From Chiloscyllium plagiosum (Eukaryota), in assembly GCF_004010195.1 (NCBI RefSeq), contig NC_057750.1, forward strand, positions 5,194,159 to 5,251,805: DNA of 57,647 nucleotides, read 5' to 3'. The number at the start of each line of letters is the position of its first letter. The stretch's first letter is position 1. The notes beneath the pieces are model-generated. The model was not told where the DNA came from, made no database searches, and saw only the letters and a program-made list of their open reading frames with translations. The position numbers and the translations under genes were made by a program. Of the stretch, positions 36,764-49,974 are shown piece after piece.

Positions 36764-36982
36764 GGGAGCAAGAGGGAGAGAGAAGGAGGTCGGTGGGGGG
36801 GAGGTTAAGGTAAGGGAGAGGGGTGTGGGAAGGGCCAGGAGGGGAGGTATAGAGAGAGCGTGCACGCGAGAAAAAGAGGGAGAGAGAGAGAGAGAGATAG
36901 AGAGAAGGGAGCGAGAGGGGAAAGGAGAAGGAGAGAGGTGGTGTGGGGGAGTGAGGGTGGGAGGAAGACAGAGAGAGAAGAG
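36764..36982 (-). repeat. Long polypyrimidine / (CT)n tract at a BTBD7-like splice acceptor
   Basis: Purine-rich on the plus strand; abuts the acceptor at 36762-36763. Confidence 0.85.
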
Positions 36983-37129
36983 TTTATCGGTTAACAAAAT
37001 TGTGATACAAATTGCTCTGCGAGTATTATGAATTTCATTTACATTTAGCTTCTATTTTTGATGCTGAGAGAATTAGGTCATGAAGGCAACCCTGAATATG
37101 CCAATCAGATCAATATCTCAGTTACACTG

Positions 37130-37510
37130 CAGTTACTGTGATGCACATGTAACCTGGAAACTGGATTTAAAATCTCACCGGCCACTGTAAAATCTAAATA
37201 CCATTAATTAAATATATCTGGAATAAATAAAATGTTGATATCAGTAACAATAACTATGAGTCTATAGGATTATTGTTAGAAAACATATCTGGTTCACTAG
37301 TATCCTTTGGTGAAGGAAACTTGCTATCCTTACCACAGCCGAGTACTCCCATCATGTGATCCAAACCCAGCATCGTGGTCAGCTCTTACTAGCCCCCTTG
37401 CTATGACTGAACAAGACACTCAGTTGTATGCAAGCCAGTTGTTCACTACCTACTTGGGCAGTTAGAGAGGGACAATAGCACTGATCTTGCCAGTGATGTA
37501 AATATCCGAT
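37130..37510 (+). mobile_element. Decayed SINE family 2 copy
   Basis: catatctggttcactagtatcctttggtgaaggaaac body. Confidence 0.6.
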
Positions 37511-38065
37511 GCAACAGTACAATGAACTCCCAATATCTTTGACGGCACAAATTATGACTGCATGAATTAATTGAGTTGGGAATTCCATTCTTGCAACCGT
37601 CCCCACCTCCAGATGGGCTAACCATTTTTTTTGCATAACTCTCCCAGGAATACCCCTGTTGTGGTTTCAGAAATTTAGATATTAGGAGGTGGTTGCTATT
37701 TTTAAAATCTATCCTTGTACACACCCTGGCCAGGATCACGTCAGTGTCTAATTTGAGCTTTGTCTTAGTTTCTCCCGACTATCCTCCCCCACAAACACAG
37801 GTTTCCCTCACTGTTTGTGACTAATCACTCCTTACCAAAGAACTTTACTAACCCAAACTAATTACTTCTGATGCATCATTTTGTTACAATGCCATTCAAT
37901 TTCAAACCTTTCAATTTGACAGGACTGTTTCTGGAACACATCTTTAAATCCCACATTGCCCACCGGCATGCACAGACTTACAAAAAGGATTCTACATTAT
38001 GATCGTGATGGCAATTCAAAAAGCACCTCACCGTCTATAAAACACTTCAGGACATATAAAGTCAT

Positions 38066-38275
38066 AGATGTGGAGGTGCCGGTGTTGGACTGCTGTGGAC
38101 AAGGTCAGAAGTCACTCGACACCAGGTTAGAGTCCAATAGGTTTATTCGAAATCACAAGCGTTCAGAACGCTGCTCCTTTGTCAGGTGACTTCACCTGAC
38201 TAACGAACAGAGCTCCAAAAACTTGGGATTTCAAATACACCCCTTGGACTATAACCTGCTGTCGTGTGACTTCTG
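38066..38275. mobile_element. Older PLE family A fold-back element
   Basis: tcagaagtcac...caggtga / tcacctga...gtgacttctga inverted arms. Confidence 0.72.
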
Positions 38276-38440
38276 ATAGAGTCTGTTTCTGTGCTGTATG
38301 ACTCTTTGATCCAACCAGTCCATGCCAAACATAATCCCAAATTAAACTAGTCCCACCTGCCTGCTCCTGGTCTGTACCCCTCCAAATGTTTCCTGTTCAT
38401 GTACTTTCCCAAGTGTATTTTAAATGCTGTAACTGTGCCA
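38276..38440 (-). mobile_element. CR1 3' fragment with a micro-inversion
   Basis: Matches the tail of the 11098-11495 subfamily. Confidence 0.75.
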
Positions 38441-38708
38441 GATTGTGAAAGGTACAATTTCTTCCTAACATTACTCATTATCTCTACAGGAAAACTGAAC
38501 CAATCGGATACAACATAGGTGTCAGCTATGCCTTAGTGGGTATCACACATTTCAGAGTCAGCTCAATACCCATTTCAGAGAGTGAAGTACAAAAGCCACA
38601 GTATAGTCACTAAGACAGAGCCATCCTAAAGATTAGTGGAATATCTGAGGCATCAAGTTAGACAGACTGTAGAAGGAAGGAAGCAAATCTTGTCTTGCAT
38701 TAACCTAC

Positions 38709-38895
38709 CAGGTACTTCTTCATGAAGAGTTGCAGAAACACTTTCATCACAGCTGTGGGGGGATCCGGCATTCAGGCGTGAAAAATCTGCCACACTAGAG
38801 TCCACCATGTAGAGGGTATCCGGAACACTGGAAATCCGACTCATTCGTACCTTTTCCAAACTCGTCTGCTCTGACATTAGTTCTTCCAAAACGAT
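38709..38895 (-). CDS. BTBD7: BTBD7-like coding exon (187 nt, phase 0 to 1)
   Basis: IVLEELMSEQTSLEKVRMSRISSVPDTLYMV...EEVP vs recalled SVLDEMMVEQTDLVRLRMVRMSNVPDTLYMV...NEIP. Acceptor tgtttag, donor G|GTAGGT. Confidence 0.9.
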
Positions 38896-41221
38896 CTAAA
38901 CAGATGAAATTTTCACTCTAAGTTACAAGAGCATTTTTGCTGCCTTACTGTACAATCCCTTTAGATAGGAAGGAGGATCTTGAGGGATGGCTGTGGTTTC
39001 TTCCATTAGGTTATGGAACATGTGATAAATATGTTAAACGTTAAGATACACTTATTTCTTGTGCTTCATGGTTGTAATGTAGTAAAGTAGGAATGAAGGC
39101 ACTGCAAGGGGCAAGGATAAGGGCATCACGCTAAGTGGGGAGAAGCACTGAGTTAAAGATTGATAAAAGAAGTGGGCTTTAAGGAGGATTTATAATTGAG
39201 GAATTGAAAAGAGGGAGGTTGAAAAATGGAATTTTAAACTGCGGGTTCTTGCTAGCTGAAGGCACAACCAGCATTAGCTTTCCTGCCATAGCAACAAGCT
39301 AAAGATGGAAATCAAGGGAAATCCCCAAAGCTTGGGCTGTAGGTGGGAGACGAGTGGACTGTCTTGCATGCCTGTACTTAAGGACTAACACTGCTTAGAA
39401 ATCAAGATGCATTCTGACAATCCATACAGTGTATTACAAGGCAGTAATTCAGCTCAGCATTTGAATATAGTAGGAATCTTAGATTTAAAATAACAGCAGC
39501 ATCCAACCCAAGGCTGAATCATAACCTTAAACTCACAATCACTTTTTATTCTTTATTATATCACTCAACATTATTTATGGAGAGAGACAGAAAGGGAAGG
39601 ATACCACAAATGAGCCCAACGCAACATAAATGGGAACAAACGTGGGCCGAAGGCGCCTCAAACCTGTTCAGGTATTCAATATTGATCCTCCACTGTCCCA
39701 CCCAATTCCATATCCCTAGATCCCCTTGAGATCCCAAAATCTATTCATCTCAGCCTTGAATGTTCAATGACTAAGTAACCATAACTCTCAGATAGAGAAT
39801 TCCAAAGTTTTGTAAATCATTGGGTGAACAAATTTTGCCCTCAGCCCTAGATGGATGGCTGGCCCTCGTGGCCAAAGGGATCAAGGGGTATGGAGAGAAA
39901 GCAGAAGTCGGATACTGAATGGTGGTGCAGGCTTGAAGGACTGAATGGCCTCCTCAAGTACCTATTTTCCACGTCCCTTCGTCTGAAAGAACGTCCCTTA
40001 GTTTAACATTCTCTAGTGAGGGGAAACAGCCTCCCAGCATTTCCACAAGTTCGGAGAGGACTGGACAGGGTATGTTTCATTAAGATCACCCCTCACTGTC
40101 CTAAATCCCATTCCATTCAAACGCTCCACATAGAACATGCCCTTACGAGGCACTCTGTTTCCAAGCACATACAGAGGCACTCTTCCAGGCAATAAAGGCA
40201 TCACTGTATACATAAAGACTCAGATTAACTTTCCCTTGCCAGGCTCAGGACTACAAAGGCAGACTCCCTTATGCTGTTCCATGTGGAGTCAGCCAAATTA
40301 TACAATCATAAAACACATTTGACCCACAGTGGCTCTTTTAAAAGGTTAGCCAATGTGTCCCACTGCCCTGTTCCCAATCCCCACAAAAGATATTGATATA
40401 GATTTTAAAGAAGAAAATTAGAACTAAATTGCCTTTCAAACGAGTCTGTTTAACCTGCTCTCCTGTCTCTTTCAGGCAGTATATTCTAGTTCAGTTCAAA
40501 ATAAAAGTTCTCATTTCCCTCTTTGGATTTTGATCCTTTGATCTTCAATCTGTGCCCTCCAGCCAGCAGAAACACCTTCTAATATAAAATCCCTCCTAAT
40601 TGTAAACATTTCTATTAGGTTGTTTCATAACCACTGCAGTTCTGAAAAGAGCACAACCCTGGCAACCAATTACCAGGAAATAAAACTCTAATATTAAAAA
40701 CAGCATGAATAAGCCAGGGTTTGTTTTGCCTGGCACAATCAGTAGAGAATGCTCATTTTGGCAAATGGCCACAGCTTGAATTCCCCTTCTTTTTAGAAAG
40801 CTGAAACCACCAGCATGACTGATCAGAATAAAAGCACAGCGATCACAACAGCCAAGGATGCAAGCAGACCACTGGGAAACCAGGTCCAGCATCCAAGGAG
40901 CATTACAAATTGGTGCAGAGTTAAATTCTGACGAGCACGATGTACAAGCCCCTATTACCATTCAGTTAATTAGGTAGCATTTAATCAGAGCTGACAACCA
41001 GGGCAGTGAGGTGGAACAAGCCTTGGCTTTTATTTAATGTCACATGCTGGAGGCATCGAAAGAAAATGCAGCATAGCAGAAACTGTTTTCCCATTAATGT
41101 TCCGCTACAGTTACCACAATTGTGCCTGTGGCAAGTAGCTGACTCCAGGGCACAGCTTTGCAACGTTTGAAAAAAAAAAATGTAGTGTGTGCCATCGGAA
41201 AATAATGGGAGATTTACTTGC

Positions 41222-41365
41222 CTTGGCTTCCTCAATATATGGGGTAAACAATCGGGGCTTGGCACCAATGCCTGAGGCCTTGAAGCAAAACCATGCCCTG
41301 GATTTCCTGCCCTCTGGGGGAGGCAGCATGTCCAACGGGGGCGAGCTGATCAATGCTCTCTTCAT
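41222..41365 (-). CDS. BTBD7: BTBD7-like coding exon (144 nt, phase 0 to 0, GC donor)
   Basis: MKRALISSPPLDMLPPPEGRKSRAWFCFKASGIGAKPRLFTPYIEEAK vs recalled MKRGLISTPPSDMLP...RPRLFSPYVEEAK. Acceptor tgtttcag. The donor AAG|GCAAGT is needed to keep frame with the next exon. Confidence 0.9.
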
Positions 41366-42499
41366 CTGAAACACAAAAATGATTTATTATCCCCACACTG
41401 TTACAAACAACAGCCAACAACGGAAACTATACAATTTGCACAATTAAGCACACACATTCAGCCTGAGTTCAGGACTACCCTGGATTATTCTCCCCAAACA
41501 ATTAATATACTCAAACGCTCATCCCACGGAACAGCCACACTGGCTTTGGCTGCAGAAAAGAAAGCTGATTTAACAACTGTTGGGCCTTTGCTGTCAATTT
41601 ACACGGCTGAATTTTGCAACAGTGCAGCTCAATGAATAGTAGCCAACCTCAGGTGAAATTATCAAGCACCTAAGCAAAGCCACTTCTCCAGGGATTAAGT
41701 GGGACACAGCACAGGCTCCACTCCAAATGGTTCAGTGATCAATGACGAAATTGTTAATATCCTGCCTTAATTCAACAGCACCGAAGCCATATGCAGCACC
41801 TCCACAACTGAGGCCAGCTAAATCAAGCAGATTGGGGCCTTCCTGCACCAGTACTACGTTCATCACAGAGCTCAATCAAACAAGGAGAACAGACAATTAA
41901 GCTTGAGATGAAAGAGTAACCAATTACACTTTGGTTTGAGCTTGTGCACGCCTGAGAGGGAAAGCCACAAAGTGAGGGCAGAGTCACCCTGCAGTCATCG
42001 TCTATAGTCAAACACAAAAAGGTAAGTGCCTGTGCAATTCTAACTGGCTGTAAACATCAGACTTCAGCTAATGGATTGGTTTAAATGGGGACTGTTTTAT
42101 AAGAAATTCTAAATGGACACTAGATAGAGCTGCTTTAGAAAAATTGAACAAGCTACACCATACAAGTTCTTTTTGTTGCTAATAGCAGTTGTGCAAACAC
42201 CAAGTTCATCAACAGTTGAGTTGCTATCTTTGTTGTAGGTAAAACCTTTGGTTTGGAGGTTACATCAGTTAAGACAACAGAGATATTTGTATTCAGATAG
42301 TTCCTGCTTCTGAACAGTTTCAAAGTACTTTCCAAATTTCTGCTCTTGTTACCTTTACACACCCTGTGATACAGAAATTCAACAGGAAATGTTTATGCAG
42401 GTGAACAATTCACACAGAACGTGCAAATGTCGTCTGGCACTGATCCCTGGGACGAAGGGATTGTCTTATGAGGACAGGACGAGTAGACCAAGCCCACAG

Positions 42500-42980
42500 A
42501 CTGGAGAATTATGAAAAACGAGAGAATGGTCCCAGGAATGAAAAAGCTTAATATGAGGAACATTTGAGGATCCAATGGCATTTAGAAGGATGAGGGGTGA
42601 TCTAATTGAAACTTAGAGAATACTGAATGGCCTGGACAGATTGGATGTTGGGAAGATGTTTCCATTGGTGAGAGGGGCTAGGAGTTAAGGCCGCTGCCTT
42701 AGAGTAAAGGGAAGCTCCTTTTAAAATGGAGATAAGGAGAAACTTCTTCAGCCAGAGTGTGGTGAATCTATGGAATTCACTGCCACAGAAAGCTATGGGG
42801 GCCACGTCATTGAGTATATTTCAAATTGGGACAGATAGGTTCTTGACTGCCAATGGGATCAAAGGTTATGGGGAGAAAGCAGGAGAATGGTGTTGAGAAA
42901 CTTTTCAGCCATGATTGAATAACTGAGCAGACTCGATGGGCTGAATGACCTAATTTCTGCTCCTCTGTCTTATGGTCTTA
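42500..42980 (+). mobile_element. CR1 3' fragment
   Basis: RRMRGDLIET...RRNFFSQ.VVNLWNSLP; tail tcttatggtctta. Confidence 0.82.
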
Positions 42981-42992
42981 TATATTCTATAA

Positions 42993-43620
42993 AACCACAA
43001 GAAATAACAGAAGTAGGCCATGTAGCCCTTTTGGCCCGTCCCACCATTCAATAAAATCATAGCTGACCCGACTACAACTGTAACTACCTGTTCCTCCACA
43101 ACCTTCGACCTCTTTGGTGAACCAAAAGCCTGTCTAATCTGGAGATGAATGAATTTGATGACCCAGTGTCTCTCTGAGGAAGAGAATTCCAGACACTAAC
43201 AACCCTGTAAGAATAAAAATTCTGCCTCACATCGGTCTTAAATAGGAGACCCATTATTAAAACATGCTGCCTAGTCTGAGATTCCGCCAATGAGGGGAAA
43301 TATTCTCTCAGCGACTAGCCTATCAATCCCCTAGAAAACTGTGTTTCTTTAGGATCATCTTCCATTCCTTGAAACTTTGTACAATTCTAACCTGCACAGT
43401 CTTTTTCAAAAGGCAAATGCCTCCTCCCAGTCCAGTAAACTACTTCCTATGCAAATATGTCCCACAGTGCAGCGATCAAAACTATAAGCAGTAATTGAGA
43501 TGTGGTCACAACAATGCCTGTCCAGTTGCAGAAAGACTTAACTCCATCTCCTCTTGCAATAAAGATCAATATTTCATTTGCCTTCTTAATTATTATACCT
43601 GCTTGCTAAATTTGTGATAG
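42993..43620 (-). mobile_element. Decayed CR1 3' fragment
   Basis: RQNFYS.RVVSVWNSLPQ; tail-to-tail with the previous copy. Confidence 0.75.
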
Positions 43621-44039
43621 ATGTGAAGTGATACCCAGTTCCCATAGGGAAATCGGGGAGAGTGGAGAGTGACAAGCTGAAGGAGACAGAGGTGGAGGTG
43701 CAGAAATGAAGGAGGGAGTGACGTGGGTGGGACAAAGGAAGGGGGGAGGTAGTGGTGGCGGCGATGGTGGGATGGTCCTTGTAGTTTGTAAACCCAGACA
43801 GCTATGGATGTTAGTTGTTGAGTATCTTCAAGCCAGACATAATAAAGTAGATTTTTCTTTGGATACCAAGGCCAATGGGAAAAGGCAGAGAAGTGCAAGT
43901 AAGGTAAAAAAAAAATCTATTTTTATTAAACATTGCAACAGACTCAAAGGGCTGAATGGTTGATTCGTATTCCTATTTCTCATTTTCTTCTTTTACCCAC
44001 CAGTCATGAGTCGAGTTTTTGACAGAATCAGAAGCTTGT

Positions 44040-45720
44040 ACGTTCAAGTTCTATTCTAGATATTTAAAATAGTAACCTATAACCCTGCCCAGCATTGAGG
44101 GAGCACTGCACTGTGATGCACCGCCTTATGGATGAGATACTAAATTGAGGGCCCATCTGTCCTTTTGGGATGAACATAAAGATCTCATGCAAATATTTCA
44201 AAGAAAATCAAATATCTCCCTACTATCCTAGTCAGCATCTATTCCTCAAAAAGATCATTTGCTCATAAGACCATAAGACAGAGGAGTGGAAGTAAGGCCA
44301 TTCGGCCCATCGAGTCCACTCTGCCATTCAATCATGGCTGATGGGCATTTCAACTCCACTTACCCGCATCCTCCCCATAGCCCTTAATTCCTTGTGACAT
44401 CAAGAATTTATCAATCTCTGCCTTGAAGTCATTTAGCGTCCCGGCCTTCACTGCACTCTGCAGCAATGAATTCCAGAGGCCCACCACTCTCTGGCTGAAG
44501 AAATGTCTCCGCATTTCTGTTCTGAATTGATCCCCTCTAATTTTAAGGCTGCGCCCACGGGTCCTAGTCTCCCCGCCTAACGGAAACAATTTCTTAGTGT
44601 ACACCCTTTCCAAGCCATGTATTATCTTATAAGTTTCTATTAGATCTCCCCTTAACCTTCTCAACTCCAATGAGTACAATCCCAGGATCCTCAGCCGTTC
44701 CTCGTATGTTAGACTTACCATTCCAGGGATCATCCATGTGAATCTCCGCTGGAAAAGCTCCAGTGCCAGTATGTCCGTTCTGAGGTGTGGGGCCCAAAAC
44801 TGGACCACAGTACTCCAAATGGGGCCTAACCAGAGCTTTATAAAGTCTAAGTAGCACATCGCTGCTTTTATATTCCAACCCTCTTGAGATAAATGACAAC
44901 ATTGCATTCGCTTTCTTAATCACGGATTTAACCTGCATGTTTACCTTTAGAGAATCCTCGACTAGCACTCCCAGATCCCTTTGTAATTTGGCTTTATGAA
45001 TTTTCTCACCGTTTAGAAAGTAGTCCATGCTTCTATTCTATTTTCCAAAGTGCAAGACCTCGCATTTGCTCACATTGAACTTCATCTGCCATTTCCTGGA
45101 CCACTCTCCCAAACTGTCTAGATCCTTCTGCAGCCTCCCCACTTCCTCAGTACTACCTGCCTGTCCACCTATCTTCGTATCATCGGCAAACTTCACTAGA
45201 ATGCGCCCAGTCCCTTCATCCAGATCATTAATATATAACGTGATCACATTTCTGATTGCGGCATTGTCCTGCATATAGATTGACTGCTGTGTCCTACTTT
45301 AAACAATGATTACATTCAAGAAACACTTTTTTGATTTTGTTCTGTGTGCTCAAGCACAAAGTACAGGAGTACAGTGAAAAATACACAATGCTGCACACAA
45401 GGTGTCATCTGAGGTACAAGTACGTAGGTACAAAATCTTAAGAACAAGGTAAAAAGCAAAAACAAAATTAGTGACACTTTCTTAGTTATAAGTAGAAAAT
45501 AAAGCTGGAAGTTCAGACATTACAGTCTTTCTCAAGTGCTTAGCCACAGTGGGACTGCATTTCAATGAATCATTTCAAGACCAGAAGTTCAAGCTGAGGC
45601 CACACTGGGCCAAGAAACTGCTATGCCAAGCCACTGAGAGGCTGCCACACTGGGCCTGGAGAATGCAAAGTACATTGGAACATCAGAAGTCGTGAATGGC
45701 ACCGTATAAATACACATTTT
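44040..45720 (+). mobile_element. DeuSINE (SacSINE1-like) split by a CR1 and a second insert
   Basis: Deu-like core gagggagcactgcactgt...ggatgagatactaaattgagg...aaagatctcatg at 44098-44250; resumes at about 45241-45330 and 45668-45720. Confidence 0.55.
44263..45240 (-). mobile_element. Relatively young CR1, 5'-truncated
   Basis: LYINDLDEG...KFADDTK...FNVSKC...LYKALVRPHLEYC...WNSL; tail (tcttatgg)n. Confidence 0.92.
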
Positions 45721-46559
45721 GCACCCCAGCTGAGATTACCTTAAGAACGTTATTTCTCCTGGTAGAATACAGGCTGTAAAACAATCTGCACTCACACAGA
45801 ACCTTTAACTGAGCATAACATCCAAAGCATCTCCCTTACAGAGACAGGTGAAGTTGCTAAATAGCACATCTTCACCACATTGCCCAATGAACATTAAAAG
45901 AGGATAAATCAACAAACACAATCTGCTGAAGCAGCGGTAGGGCCAGTGTTGAGTTCACAGCAAAACTGCTAAAGAAACCAGCATGCAGTGACATTATGCC
46001 CTGAAGTACAAACAGTAACATCTAATCCTGGGGTGAGAGCAGCAGTGTTCATCTCATAGCTAGAATGAGGCTTGTTTGTACAAATAGTTCACTGCACTTC
46101 AAAAGACAATTTTACCACTTTAAAGTAGAATTGATGTCTTTAAACACAGATTTATTCCAGTCCCATAGGAATGATGATCCAATTTCATAATATTTAGGCA
46201 TGCAGACTGGCGCACATTTGCTCTTCACTCCGTCCCATAAATGCCTCAGATTTTCCCCACACTCAGCCCAAGAATGTTGCACTGCCGGGGCACTGAGTAC
46301 AAGAATGCTGAACAGGGAGGGGCCAGTTTCCTGTCTTTCATAAAAGGATAGAAAATCATGCAAGTGCTCCTTTTTATTCAATGCATTCATTGGTCCCTCA
46401 TAATCTATTGCTCCCAGAGACAGGACCGGGAATAATCCATCACAGAGCATCTTAAGTTGGTCTTGCTTGGGATTCAAGTGACTTAATATTGGAAAGATGG
46501 CACCCACCATGCAGAAGACAAAATCCAGTTCCCTACCTTGGCAGGAGATTAATAAAAAT

Positions 46560-46915
46560 AAAGGCCCGTGAGTCAGACAGTAGGATTAGGATACCAGAGT
46601 TAATTTGGGAAATATCTGTAAGCAGTGGACAGATTGCAGGTTTCCAGAATCTTCTACAAAAACAGGTCTAAATACTCTGAATAAAAAACATTTCTCCTCA
46701 TTTCACTCCTAGCTCTCTTGCTGACAATCTTGAAATTGTGACCCTTAGTTACTGATAAACAGAAGATCCTTCCTTACCCTGTCAAAACTATTCATCAATT
46801 TTGAATACCTCACTAAGGTCACCTTTTAATTTTCTCTGCTCTAAGAAGAATAAGCCCAATTTCTCTAATCTTTGCTTGCATCTAAATGTTTTTCACTCTT
46901 GGTATTATTCTAGTA
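46560..46915 (-). mobile_element. Old CR1 3' fragment
   Basis: Minus strand reads LEKLGLFFLEQRKLKGDL. Confidence 0.6.
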
Positions 46916-46919
46916 GATC

Positions 46920-47400
46920 ATAGATTCGAGTCATACAGCATGGAAACAGGCCCTTCTTATCCATGCTGACATCCCAGTCTGACTTAGCTCAGATTGCCAG
47001 CATTTTCCCATATCCCTTTCCATTCATGCAACCATTCAGATGGCTTTTAAATGCTGTAATTGCACCAGCCTCCACCACTTCTTCTGGCAGCTCGTTCCAT
47101 ATACACACCACCCTCTGCTTGAAAGAGTTACCTCTCAGGTCCCTTGTAAATCTTTCCCCTCTCACCTTAAACCTATGCCCTCTAATTTTGGACTCCTCCC
47201 CCCTGAGGAAAATGACCTTAGCTACTGACACTATCCATGCCCCTCATGATTTTATAAACCTCTGTAAGATCACCCCTCAGCCTCTGACACTCCAGGGGAA
47301 AAAAGTCCAAGCCTATTCAGCCTCTACCTATAGCTCAAACTCTCTAGACCCAGCAACATCCTTGTAAATCCTTTCGGCACCGTCTCAAGTTTAACAACAT
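46920..47400 (-). mobile_element. CR1 3' fragment
   Basis: RGHRFKVRGERF..DLRGN...WNELPEEVVEAG. Confidence 0.88.
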
Positions 47401-48343
47401 GGTTCCTATTGAAGTGGGTGCTGTCTGCAGGACTCTAATATCCACCCTGTAAAATTCTATGATTCTATACTTCACTACAACCCTATTGAACAAAATGACA
47501 AATTTTAAATGCTTCATTGCATTGCTCCTTTGCAACCCAGAAATGCAGCACACAATAAGTTTAATACACTGGATACATGGGGCACCTATGCAAACTAAAT
47601 CCCTTTTTCCAGATATTGTAGCTGCATTATCATACATTCCAAGCATTCCCAGAGTTTGCACCATTGCCCCCCCTAGCAGGATCGCAAGTTGGGATTCTGA
47701 GGTCACGAGCTCTGAGGAAACAATGACAGTCGCAAAGCCTAAACTGAAGTTTTGAGAAATGTGCGGTCCTTTTGAGCATTGGGTCAGTGTAAGTGATCAG
47801 AGGTCTGACTTTTGCTTCAACTACAGCCAGCTTAAAAAAATGTATTTAGCCATTTCAGCCACCCCACTCCCCAACAAAAAAACCCTGACCCTTCAACAAC
47901 TTTCTGATCATTCCTGGATGCCAGGTAACACACACACACACCACACAATCTCACAGAAGCCTAAGCTTAAAAGAGTAGTCAAATCAGGAAAATGTTCAGG
48001 AAACACCAAGGTACACCCTTAAGTATGCATTCTCAGCAGGCTGCGTGGGGATTTCACATTTTATGCAAATGCATGATTAGCTCAACAGAAGTTGATGTAC
48101 AGCCAACTTTTGGGAAATAGCTTTTTAAAGTAGAACATTCTGTATTTTACCCTATGACCTACGTTAGGTTGGAAATGTGTCAGTCAGCACAGACAGATGA
48201 GCTGAAGGCTGCCTTCTGATTTCTACAAATCTGGTTCCATGGTATCTGTCTCAGTGTTCACTGCATTAAGAATTTTTTGAAAAAATGGATTAGAATGGAA
48301 GATTCTGTCCCATCCAATGATGGGAAATGCATTTATATGAATA

Positions 48344-48687
48344 CAGAGCTGGAAATGTGTTGCTGGAAAAGCGCAGCAGGTCAGGCAGCATCCAGGGAAC
48401 AGGAGAATCGACGTTTCGGGCATAAGCCCTTCTTCAGGAATGAGGAAAGTTTGTCCAGCAGGCTAAGATAAAAGGTAGGGAGGAGGGACTTGGGGGAGGG
48501 GCGTCGGAAATGTGATAGGTGGAAAGAGGTCAAGGTGAGGGTGATAGGTTCCCTACCTATTATCTTAGCCTGCTAGACAAACTTTCCTCATTCCTGAAGA
48601 AGGGCTTATGACCGAAACGTCGATTCTCCTGTTCCCTGGATGCTGCCTGACCTGCTGCGCTTTTCCAGCAACACATTTTCAGCTCTG
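48344..48687. mobile_element. PLE family B large fold-back element with hammerhead cores on both strands
   Basis: Arms of about 137 bp (48344-48481 / 48551-48687) with a spacer of about 70 bp. Confidence 0.88.
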
Positions 48688-49974
48688 ATGGGGCGAGAGA
48701 GGGGTAGGGGCGAGAGAGGGGTGGGGAGGCCAAGCAGGGGTGGGGAGGACATAAATTGCAAGGATTGAATATTTAGGCTGGGAATTTCAGCTTTTGGAAG
48801 TCAGAACTGTGGGAATTACACTGTGAATGGAATTTACCACAAGACAAGAATTTGAAATCCATGCATCGCTGGACTGAGAGCAAATTTAGGTCAGAGAGAA
48901 AATATTTTGAGAGCTCATCCACTTGTGTTGCTAATTTTCCCTTTTCCTGTTCTCCTGAAGGCCGTAAATCATGCTGCAGTATGGTTCCACTGACTCTCCT
49001 CGACCCAAGCCAAATGACTCTTCAAGTAGCAGCTTAGACAACAATGAATTGGCAAGCTCTTCAATCCTGATAGATCTCACAGCCGTGCCTGATCTCATCA
49101 TCACTGGATATCCATCATGCGCACATACTTTCTATCTGTATCACAGCACATCAATCAGAAAGAGAGGCAGAGGCTACCTGTCCCCTTTCTACACCATAGA
49201 TGCTGAGACCAAGTGTAAGTCACCATTGCCAAGGTCCCCGCATCCCCCAAAAAGATAGGACTCTTTCTCACTGCCTCAGCATTGGCTAAAATCAGCTGGC
49301 TTGGGATGAGTCTGAACATTTCAGATTAATATCCTGGCCAATGTTTCCTGCTACTCAGATACTTGGCATTCACCCAAATATTCAGTCTGTGGTTCAGGGA
49401 TCAAAGCAAGAATAATTAACATAACAGGGCAGCCATGACTTGTCCTGTCATGGCTTAATACAGTTGAAGAGAATATATTAATACACATTTCCAGGAAAGC
49501 TGGCTGCTTTTTCCAGTCACAGAATGCGATATTCAACACTAGATCATTTCTCGTTTTCAAAGGTAATAGCGAAGGATTCACCAAATGTGAAAACATTCGC
49601 TCAATGCATGCAACCAAATTCTAGTCGATGGAATTAAAAAGGGCAGCACAAGCACAGATAAGGGACTTTGCTGAGGAAGATCTAACAAGAGGTTAGCAGT
49701 GAAATGTTGCTTTGCAGACAGGAGCATAGAGAAGCATTGCACCACCTTTCTGTCTGCCTGTCCCTCTATTTCTGGTCTTCTAATTTAATCTACACCAAAA
49801 TGACGCTGGCACTGCAAAAGAATAAGAGAAAATAATATAGTTCCTCAAGTTTGATCTGCCCGTAAATATGTCATGGCCGAATGGGGTCCCTTTTTTTTCT
49901 TTGCTACATATCCTTAACAGCACTAGTTAACAAATATCTATCACAGTTCTATTATTAGTTATTAACCTAGCAAA

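Noticed and set aside
36740..37031. Low-complexity ORFs on both strands
   Set aside because: Translations of the GA/CT tract.
46112..46510. 132-aa minus-strand ORF within a BTBD7-like intron
   Set aside because: No recognisable homology, non-ATG start, and the flanking exons join without it.
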